The notes below the pieces were generated by a model. It did not search any database, was not told the origin of the DNA, and saw only the letters and a program-made list of their open reading frames with translations. Position numbers and translations under genes: made by a program. A stretch of 64,000 bases of DNA from an uncultured Gammaproteobacteria bacterium (lineage in GTDB: Bacteria > Pseudomonadota > Gammaproteobacteria > Steroidobacterales > Steroidobacteraceae), in NCBI GenBank assembly GCA_963840405.1, contig CAWIYW010000005.1, forward strand, positions 75,226 to 139,225, read 5' to 3'. Of this stretch, positions 47,353-57,505 are shown one piece after another. The first letter of the stretch is position 1; each line of letters begins with the position of its first letter.

Positions 47353-49108
47353 GTGCCGATAGCTCGCAGCGCAACGATCCGCGGATCGCATTACCAGTTC
47401 GGCCCCTTTCGCTTTGATGCGAAGGGACGGGTGCTGTTTCGCGGCGACCAGGACCTCGGCTTGCCGCCCAAGGCCGCCGAGACGCTGCTGATCCTTGTCA
47501 CCGCATGCCGGAGAAGTCATCGAGAAGGACGCTCTTCTGGACACCGTATGGGCGGGCACGGCTGTCGGTGAAGGCAGTCTCACGCGAACGATCTCCATTC
47601 TGAGAAAGGCGCTCGGGGGCGATGCCCGCAGCCGCGAATACATCGTGACGGTATCCAAGCGCGGCTATCGCTTCGTCGCACCGATCGAGGCGACAGCCGT
47701 CAACGGGGAAGGCACTCCCGATCGCCGTGCGATGCTGGCCGTGCTGCCGTTCGAGAACCTGAGCGCAGGCCGGCGCTACGACTATTTCAGCGACGGCCTG
47801 ACCGAAGAGATGATCGCACAGCTGAGCCGACTCAATCCGGAGCGGCTCGGCGTCATCGCCCGCACTTCGAGCATGATGTTCAAGGGCACGCGCAAGGGCG
47901 TGGCCGAAATCGGCGCTGAGCTCGGCGTGCAGTATGTGCTCGAAGGAAGCGTGCGACGCGCAGGCGGGCGGATTCGCATCGCGGCCCAGCTGATCCAGGT
48001 CTCGGACGAGACCCATGTCTGGGCGGAAAGCTACGAGCGGGATAGCGGCGACGTGTTGCGCTTGCAATGCGATGTTGCGGCAGCGGTCGCCCGCGAAATT
48101 CAAGTCAAGCTCACGCCGCAAACGTCGCGCCGGCTCACTGGCACGGCGGAGATTCCCGCGAATGCGTACGAGGCCTATCTGAGGGGCCGGCACGCCTTCA
48201 ACAAGCGCACCGAGGCGGGCATGCGGGAAAGCATTGGGTATTTCGAGGAGGCTCTGCGCCACGACTCGGCGTATGCAGCGGCCTACGCGGGAATTGCAGA
48301 TGCGCAGGTGATGCTGGCGTGCCGCGGCATGGTGCCCGCGAAGGAAACGTTTCGTCGGGCGCGCTCAGCGGCGCGCAAGGCACTCGAGCTCGATGCCGAG
48401 CTCGGCGATGCGCACGGCTCGCTCGCGCACGTGCGGCTGCACGACTGGGATTGGGAAGGGCTCGAACAGGATTTCCGGCGGGCACTCGACCTCAGTCCAT
48501 CGCTCGCGATCGTGCACTATTGGTTGGGCGAATACCTCATGTCCCGCGGCCGAGGCGAGGAGGCCGTCGGGTCCGCGCAGGTCGGCTACCGCATGGACCC
48601 GCTGTCGCCCGTCACCGCCTCAGGGCTCGCGATGATCATGTACCTGGCGCACAGCTTTGAGGAAGCCGCGGCCTTGCTGGTACACACGTGCGAGAAGAGT
48701 CCCGAGCACTTCCTGCCGCACCTGCGGCTCGGGCTCGTGCGTATCCAGCAGCGCAGGTACAAGGACGCCATCGCGGTGATCAAGAAGGCGATCAGGCTTG
48801 CGGACGGCAGTACGGAAACGCTCGCCACACTGGGCATGGCCTACGCCGCCAGTGGCAATGGACGCGGCGCTCGACAGATCCTGGATCGCCTGGGCCGCCT
48901 CAAGGGCAAGCGCTACGTCCTGCCGTACAACATCGCGAAGATCCACGCGAGCGCGCGCGACCGCGCGAAGACCTTCGAGTGGCTCGAGACCGCGTACGAG
49001 GGAGGCAACCCCGACCTGATCGAGCTCAACTCGGAACCGGTGTTCGATTGGATTCGCGCCGATCCCAGGTTCCAGCAGCTCATGCGGCGCATTGGTTGGG
49101 AGACCTGA
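47353..49108 (+). pseudogene. CadC/OmpR-type winged-helix DNA-binding protein with a C-terminal TPR domain; one frameshift near 47505
   Basis: 'YQFGPFRFDAKGRVLFRGDQDLGLPPKAAETLLILV' continues in another frame as 'AGEVIEKDALLDTVWAGTAVGEGSLTRTISILRKAL...YIVTVSKRGYRF' (trans_reg_C). A TolB-N-like segment and TPR repeats follow. Confidence 0.7.
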
Positions 49109-49146
49109 GGCCATCAGTCGACGAATCGGCCGGGACGCGACCTCAT

Positions 49147-49527
49147 TCACCATTTCCAGATGCGGTCGTAACGGGCCAGCAGGCCGCTCAGTTGCGTGCG
49201 GCTCAGTCGCTCGATACTAGGGATCATGGCTTCGGTCGCGATGCCGCGCTCCCCTAGGTCTTCGCTCACCGCGCAGACGCGGGCACCGCTTTCGAGCAGT
49301 TTGCCGATTTCATGCTCGATCTCGGGCGGATGTCGCTGCGACCAGCTGCCGATCGACAGGCCCTCCGAGCTCTGGCCGCGCACCGTATAGCTCACCGCGG
49401 TGCCGATGAGCAGCACGTCGGCTTCAGCGCCCGCCCCACGAATGGCGCGAGTGAACCAGAGCACGGTGTCATCCTGCTCCTCCAGGGTGGCGCGATACGC
49501 GGGCTCGATGATCTGCAATACACGCAT
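49147..49527 (-). CDS. DsrE/DsrF/DsrH-family (sulfur-relay-like) protein, third of three
   Basis: It is 126 aa long. 'MRVLQIIEPAYRA...ADVLLIGTAVSY' gives an alpha/beta DsrE-like pattern. It is the last gene of a three-gene unit. Confidence 0.45.
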   Translation of the reverse strand: MRVLQIIEPAYRATLEEQDDTVLWFTRAIRGAGAEADVLLIGTAVSYTVRGQSSEGLSIGSWSQRHPPEIEHEIGKLLESGARVCAVSEDLGERGIATEAMIPSIERLSRTQLSGLLARYDRIWKW

Positions 49528-49537
49528 GGCACCGCTC

Positions 49538-49951
49538 CTAGCGAGTCGGGATGACGAGGGTGTTGTCGGTTTCCGACACCATCTTCCAGAAGTCCGCCGG
49601 TGAGCCGCGGCGCACTCCGGGCACGACTTCGGTGGCGCCGCGCTCATCGACGCACAGACCGCAGTTCACCCAGTCGAACGGGATACCGTGTTCGGCGGCA
49701 CGCTGCATGAGCGAGCTGACCCAGGTGTGTGGGGTGGGGTGTGCTTCTTCCTCGAGACTGCGCCCATGAATCGCATTCGCATGCGGCTTTTGCTGGGTGA
49801 CTGGCAGGCTCACCGCGCCTTCGTAGGCGAAGACGCGCACGCCGACGCTCATTCGCAGCGCGGCGTCGATCAGGCGAAACGCCGTGGCCGTCCGCGCCTG
49901 CTCGTAGGGTGCGTCCATGAGCAGGAAGGTCAGGGATTTCGTGGGTGTCAT
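49538..49951 (-). CDS. DsrE-family protein, second of three
   Basis: It is 137 aa long. The 'LTFLLMDAPYEQARTATAFRLIDAAL...VRVFAYEGAV' layout is typical of the DsrE/TusD fold. Confidence 0.55.
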   Translation of the reverse strand: MTPTKSLTFLLMDAPYEQARTATAFRLIDAALRMSVGVRVFAYEGAVSLPVTQQKPHANAIHGRSLEEEAHPTPHTWVSSLMQRAAEHGIPFDWVNCGLCVDERGATEVVPGVRRGSPADFWKMVSETDNTLVIPTR

Positions 49952-49960
49952 GACCAGCTC

Positions 49961-50288
49961 CTAGTTCCAGATCGCCCTGGCGCCGGCGCCGAGTCGCTCC
50001 ACCAGCACGTCGAGACTGGCGCACTTCACGTCGGTTGCAAGCTCGGCGGCGCTGATGCCGCGTTCGCGCAGCGCGAATTCGTCCGCAAATAACGCTACGC
50101 CGGATCGGCCGAGCTTCTCGAGCTCGTGCATCCGGGCGGCGCCACGCGCCGCGAGAACACCGTTTTCAACCAGAAACAACGTCACCGTCGCGCCGTCGCG
50201 GACCAGCGCCAAGGCGAGGTCGCAGCGCTGGCGTGAAGCCCTTCGATTCGAAGGGATCCCGCGATTCGATCAGCAGGTACTCCGGCAT
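49961..50288 (-). pseudogene. DsrE/DsrF-family protein, first of three; one frameshift near 50230
   Basis: A GGAGG RBS precedes the start. 'MPEYLLIESRDPFESKGFT' is in one frame and 'LALALVRDGATVTLFLVENGVLAARG...' in another. Confidence 0.5.
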
Positions 50289-50407
50289 GGAGCCTCCAGT
50301 TGCATTCTCTTTCCGTCGAGGCCCGTATCTCGCCACGAGACCCGGCAAAAGTCCTTCGCACCGGCGAATGTTTTTGTGACGGAAACCTGACGCCTGCGGA
50401 AATTGAA

Positions 50408-50437
50408 AAGGCCCCGGCGTTCAACGCCGGGGCCTTT
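50408..50437 (-). terminator. Rho-independent terminator of the secreted amidase; belongs to the same hairpin family
   Basis: The stem AAAGGCCCCGGCG/CGCCGGGGCCTTT is 13 bp and perfect. On the minus strand it is followed by TTTTCAATTT. Confidence 0.65.
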
Positions 50438-50487
50438 CCGTCTGGGCTGCTATCGATCCAACTCGGACGGTCGAGTACCGAGACTCG

Positions 50488-52203
50488 TTAGTGTCTCTTG
50501 CGAACCGTATCGCTCGGCAGCGGCGGCGTGCTCGTGGGCGGAACGCGATGACGTGTCGCCTGTTCGAACGAGTACGCCAAAGCGATCAGCCTCGGCTCCG
50601 AGAATGCGGGCCCCGAGAACGTGATGTCGGACGGGAACGGAACGCCGATCGGCGGATCGGCGGGGGTCAGTGTTGACAGCGCGTTGAAGCCGCCGGGCAC
50701 GGCGACGCTCGGGTAACCTGCCTTCGCAGGCACGTTGGCGTTGGCATTGCCGAGGTGCAGCACCGCGTCGAAGTCATCGTCGGTTCCTGGCATGCCATCG
50801 GCGCCATTGAAAACGCCATCGAGCGCGAGCTTCGAGCGCCGCAGGTCCTCCGCGCGATCAGCCAGATAACGCGTCGTATCAGCGCTGCCCGGCGAAGTGT
50901 CGAGCGCCTCCGCACCAATCGCGATCGCCTGCCCGTACTTCATCGGCGGGACAAAGGCGTCATTGAACGCGATGATCTGGGCGAGAGTTTGCGACGGGGC
51001 TGCGGGTGTGGCTGCGAGGTATGCGTTCAAGTCGCGCTTGAAGCCGTACAACAGCACCGTGGAGCAGGTCAGGTCCGTTGGTAGCGGCGGGGCGATGCAC
51101 GTGCCGAGCTGCGGCATGCCGATTCGCACGTCGTAGGTATCGATCAGCTCGACATAGGCACCCTTCGCGCGCAGCACGACAATCGCGGCGTCCATGATCG
51201 CTTGCCGGTTCGCCGGAACCGGCGGCACTGCAAGGCGTGCTCCCCGAAGCGCGTTCTTTTTCAGGAATCGCGTGTAGTCATGGAAACAGTTGCCGGGCGT
51301 GAGACAGGCTTCCGTGGCGGGGTCATTGGGATCGTAGCCGGCGAGCACACCGAGCAGGATGGCTGCGTCCGTCACCGTGCGCGTGATGGGTCCGGCGGTA
51401 TCCTGGTCTGCCGTGATCGGGATGATGCCGTCGCGACTCACCAGTCCCACAGTGGGCTTGATGCCGACGACGCCGTTCGCGCTCGCGGGACTCAGGATCG
51501 AGCCGGAAGTTTCGGTGCCGACCGCGATCGCCACGAGATTCGCATTCACACCGATGCCCGGGCCCGAGCTCGATCCGCCGGTCTGCAGCACCGGGCGACC
51601 GTCATTGTTCGGAGGCGTGGTGCGCGGATCGACGCGCGGATCGTAAGGGTTGAAGCCGAAGCCGCCGAGCGAGCTGTAGCCGGTTGGCATGCCGATCGCA
51701 ATGAAGTTCGCGTACTCCGTCAGCGTGCCCTTGCCGAGGATAATGGCGCCGGCGTTGCGCAGCTTTCTCGTAATGAACGCGTCGTCGGGCGGGAGGGATC
51801 CCTCCAGCGCGACGCTGCCGGCGGTGGTGGGCATGTCGGACGTGTCGATGTTGTCCTTGAGCAGCACGGGAACGCCGTAGAGTGGTTTTCTCGAGTGCCA
51901 CGAGTGATTGCGAAGCCTGTCGAGTTGACGCGCTTCGCGCACCGCGTTGGCATTGACGTGCTGATATGCATTGATGGCAGGGCCCGTCTCTTCGTAGGCC
52001 GCAATGCGTTTCAGGTACATGCGCGTCAGGCGCTCAGCCGAGATCACGTCGGTGCGCAGCGCCTTTTGGATATCCGGGATCGTCGTCTCGACCAGCTCAA
52101 ATTTCGCGCGCCCACGGTCATCGTCGTCATCGTGGCCGGCAAACGCCGGTGATGCGGCAACGGTCAGGGTCGCGGTGGTGAGGGCCAGGAGTAGTCGCTT
52201 CAT
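50488..52203 (-). CDS. Secreted amidase (amidase-signature family)
   Basis: The signal peptide is 'MKRLLLALTTATLTVAASPAFA'. Markers are 'GVPVLLKDNID' and 'GGSSSGPGIGVNANLVAIAVGTETSGSILSPAS'. Confidence 0.85.
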   Translation of the reverse strand: MKRLLLALTTATLTVAASPAFAGHDDDDDRGRAKFELVETTIPDIQKALRTDVISAERLTRMYLKRIAAYEETGPAINAYQHVNANAVREARQLDRLRNHSWHSRKPLYGVPVLLKDNIDTSDMPTTAGSVALEGSLPPDDAFITRKLRNAGAIILGKGTLTEYANFIAIGMPTGYSSLGGFGFNPYDPRVDPRTTPPNNDGRPVLQTGGSSSGPGIGVNANLVAIAVGTETSGSILSPASANGVVGIKPTVGLVSRDGIIPITADQDTAGPITRTVTDAAILLGVLAGYDPNDPATEACLTPGNCFHDYTRFLKKNALRGARLAVPPVPANRQAIMDAAIVVLRAKGAYVELIDTYDVRIGMPQLGTCIAPPLPTDLTCSTVLLYGFKRDLNAYLAATPAAPSQTLAQIIAFNDAFVPPMKYGQAIAIGAEALDTSPGSADTTRYLADRAEDLRRSKLALDGVFNGADGMPGTDDDFDAVLHLGNANANVPAKAGYPSVAVPGGFNALSTLTPADPPIGVPFPSDITFSGPAFSEPRLIALAYSFEQATRHRVPPTSTPPLPSDTVRKRH

Positions 52204-52367
52204 GGAGTTACTTCCTATGTAGGAGAAGCAAGACACCGGCCGCCGCGATGATCCGCCGGTGCAGCGGCGCGGTCAATATTGGCCAGTCGGGCTAACATCG
52301 TGAGAGGGGTGGAAATTTCTTCAAAGCACTGGCGCGAACCGCCGGGCTTTCTCAATCAACCGCCGGG

Positions 52368-52895
52368 GTGCAGAAAACAATGCCAAGTCCAACCAGACGT
52401 ATCGTCACGGGTCACGACGAGCACGGAAAGTCGGTCATCGTGTCCGAGGGGTCGCCGCCGCAGCACCACCCGATGCGGGGCCCGTCCGTCGGGGCTGACT
52501 TCATCGAGATATGGAATGCCCCAATGGCAATTCCGCTCCTCAACTCCGTTGAGGCACGCGAGCCCAACGAACGTGAGTTCACGATCATGCCCGTCGCCGG
52601 GCACCTGCTGCGTATCCTCGAGGTGTATCCACCGAAGGCGGGCGGCAGACGCACGGTCATGCACCGAACGCAGACCCTCGACTACGTCGTAATGCTCGAG
52701 GGGGAGCTGGTGCTGCTGCTCGACGACAGCGAAGTGTCGCTGCAGGAGGGCGACGTGGTGGTTCAGCGCGGAACCAACCACGCCTGGGAGAATCGCTCCG
52801 ACAAGCTCGCGCGCGCGGCTTTCTTTCACATCGATGCACAGTTCAGCGAGGAGCTGCTCGCAAAACTGCCGCAGCCGCTGGATTTGCTGCGTTAG
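52368..52895 (+). CDS. Cupin-domain protein
   Basis: Markers are 'MHRTQTLDYVVMLEGE' and 'GDVVVQRGTNHAWEN'. The start is either GTG 52368 or ATG 52380. Confidence 0.65.
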   Translation: MQKTMPSPTRRIVTGHDEHGKSVIVSEGSPPQHHPMRGPSVGADFIEIWNAPMAIPLLNSVEAREPNEREFTIMPVAGHLLRILEVYPPKAGGRRTVMHRTQTLDYVVMLEGELVLLLDDSEVSLQEGDVVVQRGTNHAWENRSDKLARAAFFHIDAQFSEELLAKLPQPLDLLR

Positions 52896-52936
52896 GTGCC
52901 GGTATCGCCAAGATAGATAAGGAAGGGAGAGAACTC

Positions 52937-53917
52937 ATGGCAGACGAAGAGCAATCCGGCCGCCTGGAACTGCCGGCACGCGCGATTGCGCCTCCGACGA
53001 CCGTGAGCGTCGAGGCCCGGCGCTTTCTTTCGACGCCAAGGCCCCCGTTCCCGCCGTACCCGGGGCTCGACGATGTCGCCGGGTGGCGTGAGGCAGTCGC
53101 AAGGAGCAATGCGATCTTTGCGCCCATCCACGAAGCCTATCGCCAGAATTTCGCGGGGGATCTGCACGAGCGGAAGTTTTGCGGGGTCAGTACCTACGAA
53201 GTCGTGCCGCGGTCGATTCCGGAGCGCAACGGCCATCGAGTCCTGCTGTTCCTGCACGGCGGCGCCTATGTGTTCGGTGGCGGTTCACTCGCCGGCACGG
53301 GGGCGATTCCGATCGCGGGCGCCGGCGGCTACCGGACGTTCTCGCCGGATTATCGGATGCCTCCCGATCACCCGTTCCCGGCGGCGCTCGACGACGCCAT
53401 TTCGGTGTACCGGGCCCTGCTCGAGAACCATGCGCCCTTGCGCATCGGCTTCGTGGGTCTCTCCGCGGGCGGCGGGCTCGCGGCTGCGACCATCCTCAAG
53501 GCGCGTGACGTCGGGTTGCCTTTGCCAGGCGCCGCGGTATTGCTGACGCCCGAAGTGGACCTCACGGAAGCAGGCGACACGTTTGCGACCAACGAGGATC
53601 TTGATATCGTGCTCAAGAAGCCGCTACAGCTGCTCAATCGTCTGTACGCCGCGGGCGCGGATCTGCGAGATCCCTACTTGTCGCCAGTCTTCGGTGATTT
53701 CAACAAAGGCTTCTGCCCGACGTATCTGCAGTCCGGCACCCGCGACCTGTTCCTGTCGAATACCGTGCTGCTGCATCGCGCGCTCCGACGCGCGAGCATC
53801 GAGGCGGACCTGAACGTCTGGGAAGCCATGCCGCATGGCGGTTTCTTCGGTGCGCCGGAAGATGCGGAGTCAACCGCCGATCAGCTGCGATTCCTGGACT
53901 CCCACCTCGCGGTCTGA
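52937..53917 (+). CDS. Alpha/beta hydrolase fold-3 esterase/lipase (HSL-like)
   Basis: Markers are 'LFLHGGAYVFGG' (HGG box) and 'GLSAGGGLA' (GxSxG). The C-terminal 'MPHGGF' supplies the His. Confidence 0.8.
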   Translation: MADEEQSGRLELPARAIAPPTTVSVEARRFLSTPRPPFPPYPGLDDVAGWREAVARSNAIFAPIHEAYRQNFAGDLHERKFCGVSTYEVVPRSIPERNGHRVLLFLHGGAYVFGGGSLAGTGAIPIAGAGGYRTFSPDYRMPPDHPFPAALDDAISVYRALLENHAPLRIGFVGLSAGGGLAAATILKARDVGLPLPGAAVLLTPEVDLTEAGDTFATNEDLDIVLKKPLQLLNRLYAAGADLRDPYLSPVFGDFNKGFCPTYLQSGTRDLFLSNTVLLHRALRRASIEADLNVWEAMPHGGFFGAPEDAESTADQLRFLDSHLAV

Positions 53918-54030
53918 AGCGACTGAGGCCCGCTTCGCTCGAGCCCCGATCCTCATGAGTGATCGGACCAGGGCTGCACCTTGTGCCAATCGACCGACTT
54001 GGGTCGGGCCGCTAGGATGCTGCGGGCGGA

Positions 54031-54444
54031 TTGACAGAGAACGGAGCTGACATGAGCGAGCACGAACGCACGACGGAAACGCCATATCCGTATGCAACGC
54101 ACCTGAACATTCTCTTTCCGCAACTGGAGAGGGTTGACGTGCCTGCACTGGTCGATGCCGTGACGGACCGGTGGTACAACCAGACGCTGTGCCAGGTGAA
54201 CGGCTCGGTTGTCCGGCTCGGTGTCATGCAAGGTGAGTATCACTGGCACAAGCACGACGACGATGACGAGTTCTTCTTCTGCCTGGACGGCGAATTTCTC
54301 GTGGATCTCGAGGATCGCACGATCGTGCTCGGGCCACGTCAGGGTGTCGTCGTTCCGAAAGGTATCGTCCACCGTACACGCGCGCCGCAACGGTGCGTCA
54401 TTCTGATGGTAGAGAACGCGGGCATCGTTCCGACGGGTGATTGA
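54031..54444 (+). CDS. Cupin-domain protein
   Basis: Markers are 'GEYHWHKHDDDDEFFFCLDGE' and 'VVVPKGIVHRTRA'. Confidence 0.65.
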   Translation: MTENGADMSEHERTTETPYPYATHLNILFPQLERVDVPALVDAVTDRWYNQTLCQVNGSVVRLGVMQGEYHWHKHDDDDEFFFCLDGEFLVDLEDRTIVLGPRQGVVVPKGIVHRTRAPQRCVILMVENAGIVPTGD

Positions 54445-54543
54445 GGGTGCCGAGATCAGGAATTGGCTACGGCGATCCTGCGCTGGATCGTTTGGGTCTC
54501 GCGAGTGCCTAGCGAACGCGCTGGTGACGCCGATCAGAAGAGC

Positions 54544-55665
54544 CTAGTCAATGGGCCAAGGCATGTTCTTTGGCAGCGTGATCGGAACGGCCGTATCGCG
54601 CCCGCGGCTCGGCGTGGCCATGTTGACGGCGCGCCACCAGGGCTCGACATCCTTGGCATGAGAGGGCTCGGTCGGTTCACCGAGGCGCGGCATGATGAGT
54701 TGCGCGCCCGCCCTCGGAGCCAATTCCAGCAGAGTCTCTGCGGGCTCGTCCCAGGCGTGCATCGCCAGGCTGAACGTTCCCCAGTGCACGGGTAGGAACG
54801 GGCCGCCGCCGAGCAACTCAAGCGCTTTGAGTGCGTTCTTCGGCCCGAGGTGAATGTCACCCCAGGCGGGATGGAATGCACCCACCTCGAGCATCACCAG
54901 GTCGAACGGACCGAGCCGATCACGGATGGTCTGATACTGAGTCGTCAGCCCGGTGTCGCCGCTGAAGAACACGGCCTGACGTTGCGAGCGAATCACCATC
55001 GAAGACCACAAGGTGGTGTTTCGATCCTTCAACCCGCGTCCCGAAAAGTGCTGCGAGGGCGCAGCGGTCACGGTGAGCTCAGAGCCGGGTAACCGGTGCG
55101 ACTCCCACCAGTCGAGCTCGGTGATGCGCTCGGACGGAACACCCCAAGCCTCGAGGTGTGCACCGACGCCCAGCGACGTCACGAACGGTACGTCGCGCTT
55201 GGCGAGTTGGCGGATGGTCGGGTAATCGAGATGGTCGTAGTGATCGTGCGTAACGATCACGAGGTCGACCGGTGGCATGGCGCGAAGCGGAACAGGTACC
55301 GGCTGGAACCGCTTGGGTCCTGCGAACCGCGAGGGCGATGCGCGCGGTCCCCAGACCGGATCTGTGAGCACTCGCAGGCCATCGATCTCGATCAGGAGTG
55401 TGGAATGGCCGAGCCAGGTGACGCGTAGCCCGCTGGAGGGCGGCTTGGTCCAGGCATCCAGTGGGCTCATCGAAGGGAGAGGGCCGGGCGGTACGCGCCG
55501 TTCGCCGCCGCAGAGAAATTCGCTGAGCGTCGGCATCTTTGCGTCTGGGTCGCGCAGACCCGGCATGATGGGATGGGCATTCTGGAACCGGTCGCCCGCC
55601 CAACGGGGGGATGCGATGATGCGCTCGAGTCGCGCGCCCTGCGGTCTCTGTCCTAGCGACCTCAT
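54544..55665 (-). CDS. MBL-fold metallo-hydrolase (NAPE-PLD-like subgroup)
   Basis: Markers are 'VTWLGHSTLLIE', 'VIVTHDHYDHLD' (HxHxDH) and 'VHWGTF'. Confidence 0.75.
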   Translation of the reverse strand: MRSLGQRPQGARLERIIASPRWAGDRFQNAHPIMPGLRDPDAKMPTLSEFLCGGERRVPPGPLPSMSPLDAWTKPPSSGLRVTWLGHSTLLIEIDGLRVLTDPVWGPRASPSRFAGPKRFQPVPVPLRAMPPVDLVIVTHDHYDHLDYPTIRQLAKRDVPFVTSLGVGAHLEAWGVPSERITELDWWESHRLPGSELTVTAAPSQHFSGRGLKDRNTTLWSSMVIRSQRQAVFFSGDTGLTTQYQTIRDRLGPFDLVMLEVGAFHPAWGDIHLGPKNALKALELLGGGPFLPVHWGTFSLAMHAWDEPAETLLELAPRAGAQLIMPRLGEPTEPSHAKDVEPWWRAVNMATPSRGRDTAVPITLPKNMPWPID

Positions 55666-55797
55666 GTCGCACCCCGTGAAGTCATGTCGATACCCAAGCC
55701 CCTTTGTTTCGTTTGCTGAGTTCGCGCATGATTCAGCCGCCTCGCCGGGAGGACATGACAGGTTTCCCGGATCGGCTTTACCACTCTATCTATTGCA

Positions 55798-57495
55798 TTG
55801 TCCCACAGGCACCGGATGGCCACTTCAGCAACGCCAGTAGCGCCGACCGCGAAATCAACCGCCGAGCGCATGTTCCCGAGTTTCACGCCTGCGCAGATCG
55901 CACGCGTGGCGAATCATGGAAGGCGACGCCCGATCGAGCGCGGTGAGATCCTGTTCGAGGCGGGTGAGGCGAGCACGCCGTTTTTCGTGGTCGCATCCGG
56001 GCAGGTGGAGATCGTTCGACCCGCGGTGAGCGGCGGGGAGCTCGTGGCGGTGCATGGTCCGGGTCAGTTCACGGGTGAGGTCAACATGCTGGCGGGTCGC
56101 CGCTCACTCGTGCGGGCGCGGGCGAGCGAGGCGGGGGAAGTCATCGAAATGGACCGCGAGCGGATGCTGTCGCTCGTGCAGACCGATGCCGAGATCAGCG
56201 AGATCCTGATGCGTGCCTTCATACTGCGCCGCGTGGAGTTGATTGCGCGCGGACTGGGCGATGTGATCGTCATTGGCTCGAGCCACTGCAGCGGAACGCT
56301 TCGTGTGAAGGAGTTCCTCACTCGCAACGTTCACCCCTATACCTACATAGACCTCGACCACGATGCGGACGTGCAGACGTTGCTGGACCGGTTCCACGTC
56401 ACTGCCGAGGATGTGCCGGTGCTCGTCTGCCGTGGCGAGGTGGTGCTGCGCAATCCGAGCAACCAGGCGATTGCCGAGTGCCTCGGACTCAACGAAGCGC
56501 GCGACGCGTCAAAGGTGCACGACCTCATCGTCGTGGGCGCGGGCCCTTCAGGTCTCGCGGCGGCCGTGTACGCGGCATCCGAAGGTCTGGATGTGCTGGT
56601 CGTGGAGGAACGCGCGCCCGGAGGTCAGGCCGGCGCGAGCTCCAAGATCGAAAACTACCTGGGTTTTCCGACCGGCATCTCCGGGCAGGCCCTTGCCGGG
56701 CGGGCGTTTGCCCAGGCACAGAAGTTTGGTGCGCACGTGCTGATCGCAAAGAGCGCGCAGCATCTCATCTGCCAGAACAGGCCCTACGGTCTTGATATCG
56801 GAGAGGGCGCACCCGTGCGAGCGCGCGCCATCGTCATCGCGACTGGCGCGGAATACCGCAAGCCTCCGATCGAGGAACTGCCGCGTTTCGAGGGCGTCGG
56901 CGTGTACTACGCGGCGAGCTTCATGGAAGCGCAACTCTGCGCCGACAGGGAGGTGATTGTCATCGGCGGCGGCAACTCGGCGGGCCAGGCCGCCGTGTTC
57001 CTGGCCCAAACCGCGAAGCGCGTGCACATACTCGTGCGCTCGCGTGGCCTGGCTGAAACCATGTCGCGCTACTTGATTCGGCGCATCGAGGAGCATCCTG
57101 CCATTGTCCTGCACGCCCATACGGAAGTGATCGCGCTGGAAGGGGAGACGAACCTCGAGCGCGTGCGCTGGCGCAACAGCCAGACCGGGGCGATCGAGAG
57201 TCACGATATGGGCCATGTCTTCATCATGGCGGGCGCCATACCGGCGACTCATTGGCTCGACGGTTGCCTGGCGCTCGACAGGAAGGATTTCATAAAGACG
57301 GGCGCCGATCTCTCGCAAGAGGACCTGGGCGGTGCAAAGTGGCCGCTCACCCGCGCGCCCTATTCACTGGAAACGAGCTTGCCCGGCGTGTTCGCGGTCG
57401 GCGACGTACGAGCTGGCAATGTGAAGCGTGTGGCGTCCGCCGTCGGCGAGGGATCGATCGCCATCTCTTACGTGCACCGGGTCCTCGAGGAATAG
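55798..57495 (+). CDS. Cyclic-nucleotide-binding domain fused to a thioredoxin-reductase-like FAD/NAD(P) oxidoreductase
   Basis: The cNMP domain reads 'ILFEAGEASTPFFVVASGQVEIV...GQFTGEVNML'. The reductase part shows 'DLIVVGAGPSGLAAAVYAASEG', 'VIGGGNSAGQAA' and 'GVFAVGDVR'. I see no CxxC in the reductase part. The start codon is uncertain. Confidence 0.8.
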   Translation: MSHRHRMATSATPVAPTAKSTAERMFPSFTPAQIARVANHGRRRPIERGEILFEAGEASTPFFVVASGQVEIVRPAVSGGELVAVHGPGQFTGEVNMLAGRRSLVRARASEAGEVIEMDRERMLSLVQTDAEISEILMRAFILRRVELIARGLGDVIVIGSSHCSGTLRVKEFLTRNVHPYTYIDLDHDADVQTLLDRFHVTAEDVPVLVCRGEVVLRNPSNQAIAECLGLNEARDASKVHDLIVVGAGPSGLAAAVYAASEGLDVLVVEERAPGGQAGASSKIENYLGFPTGISGQALAGRAFAQAQKFGAHVLIAKSAQHLICQNRPYGLDIGEGAPVRARAIVIATGAEYRKPPIEELPRFEGVGVYYAASFMEAQLCADREVIVIGGGNSAGQAAVFLAQTAKRVHILVRSRGLAETMSRYLIRRIEEHPAIVLHAHTEVIALEGETNLERVRWRNSQTGAIESHDMGHVFIMAGAIPATHWLDGCLALDRKDFIKTGADLSQEDLGGAKWPLTRAPYSLETSLPGVFAVGDVRAGNVKRVASAVGEGSIAISYVHRVLEE

Positions 57496-57505
57496 CGAGC
57501 CGGGC

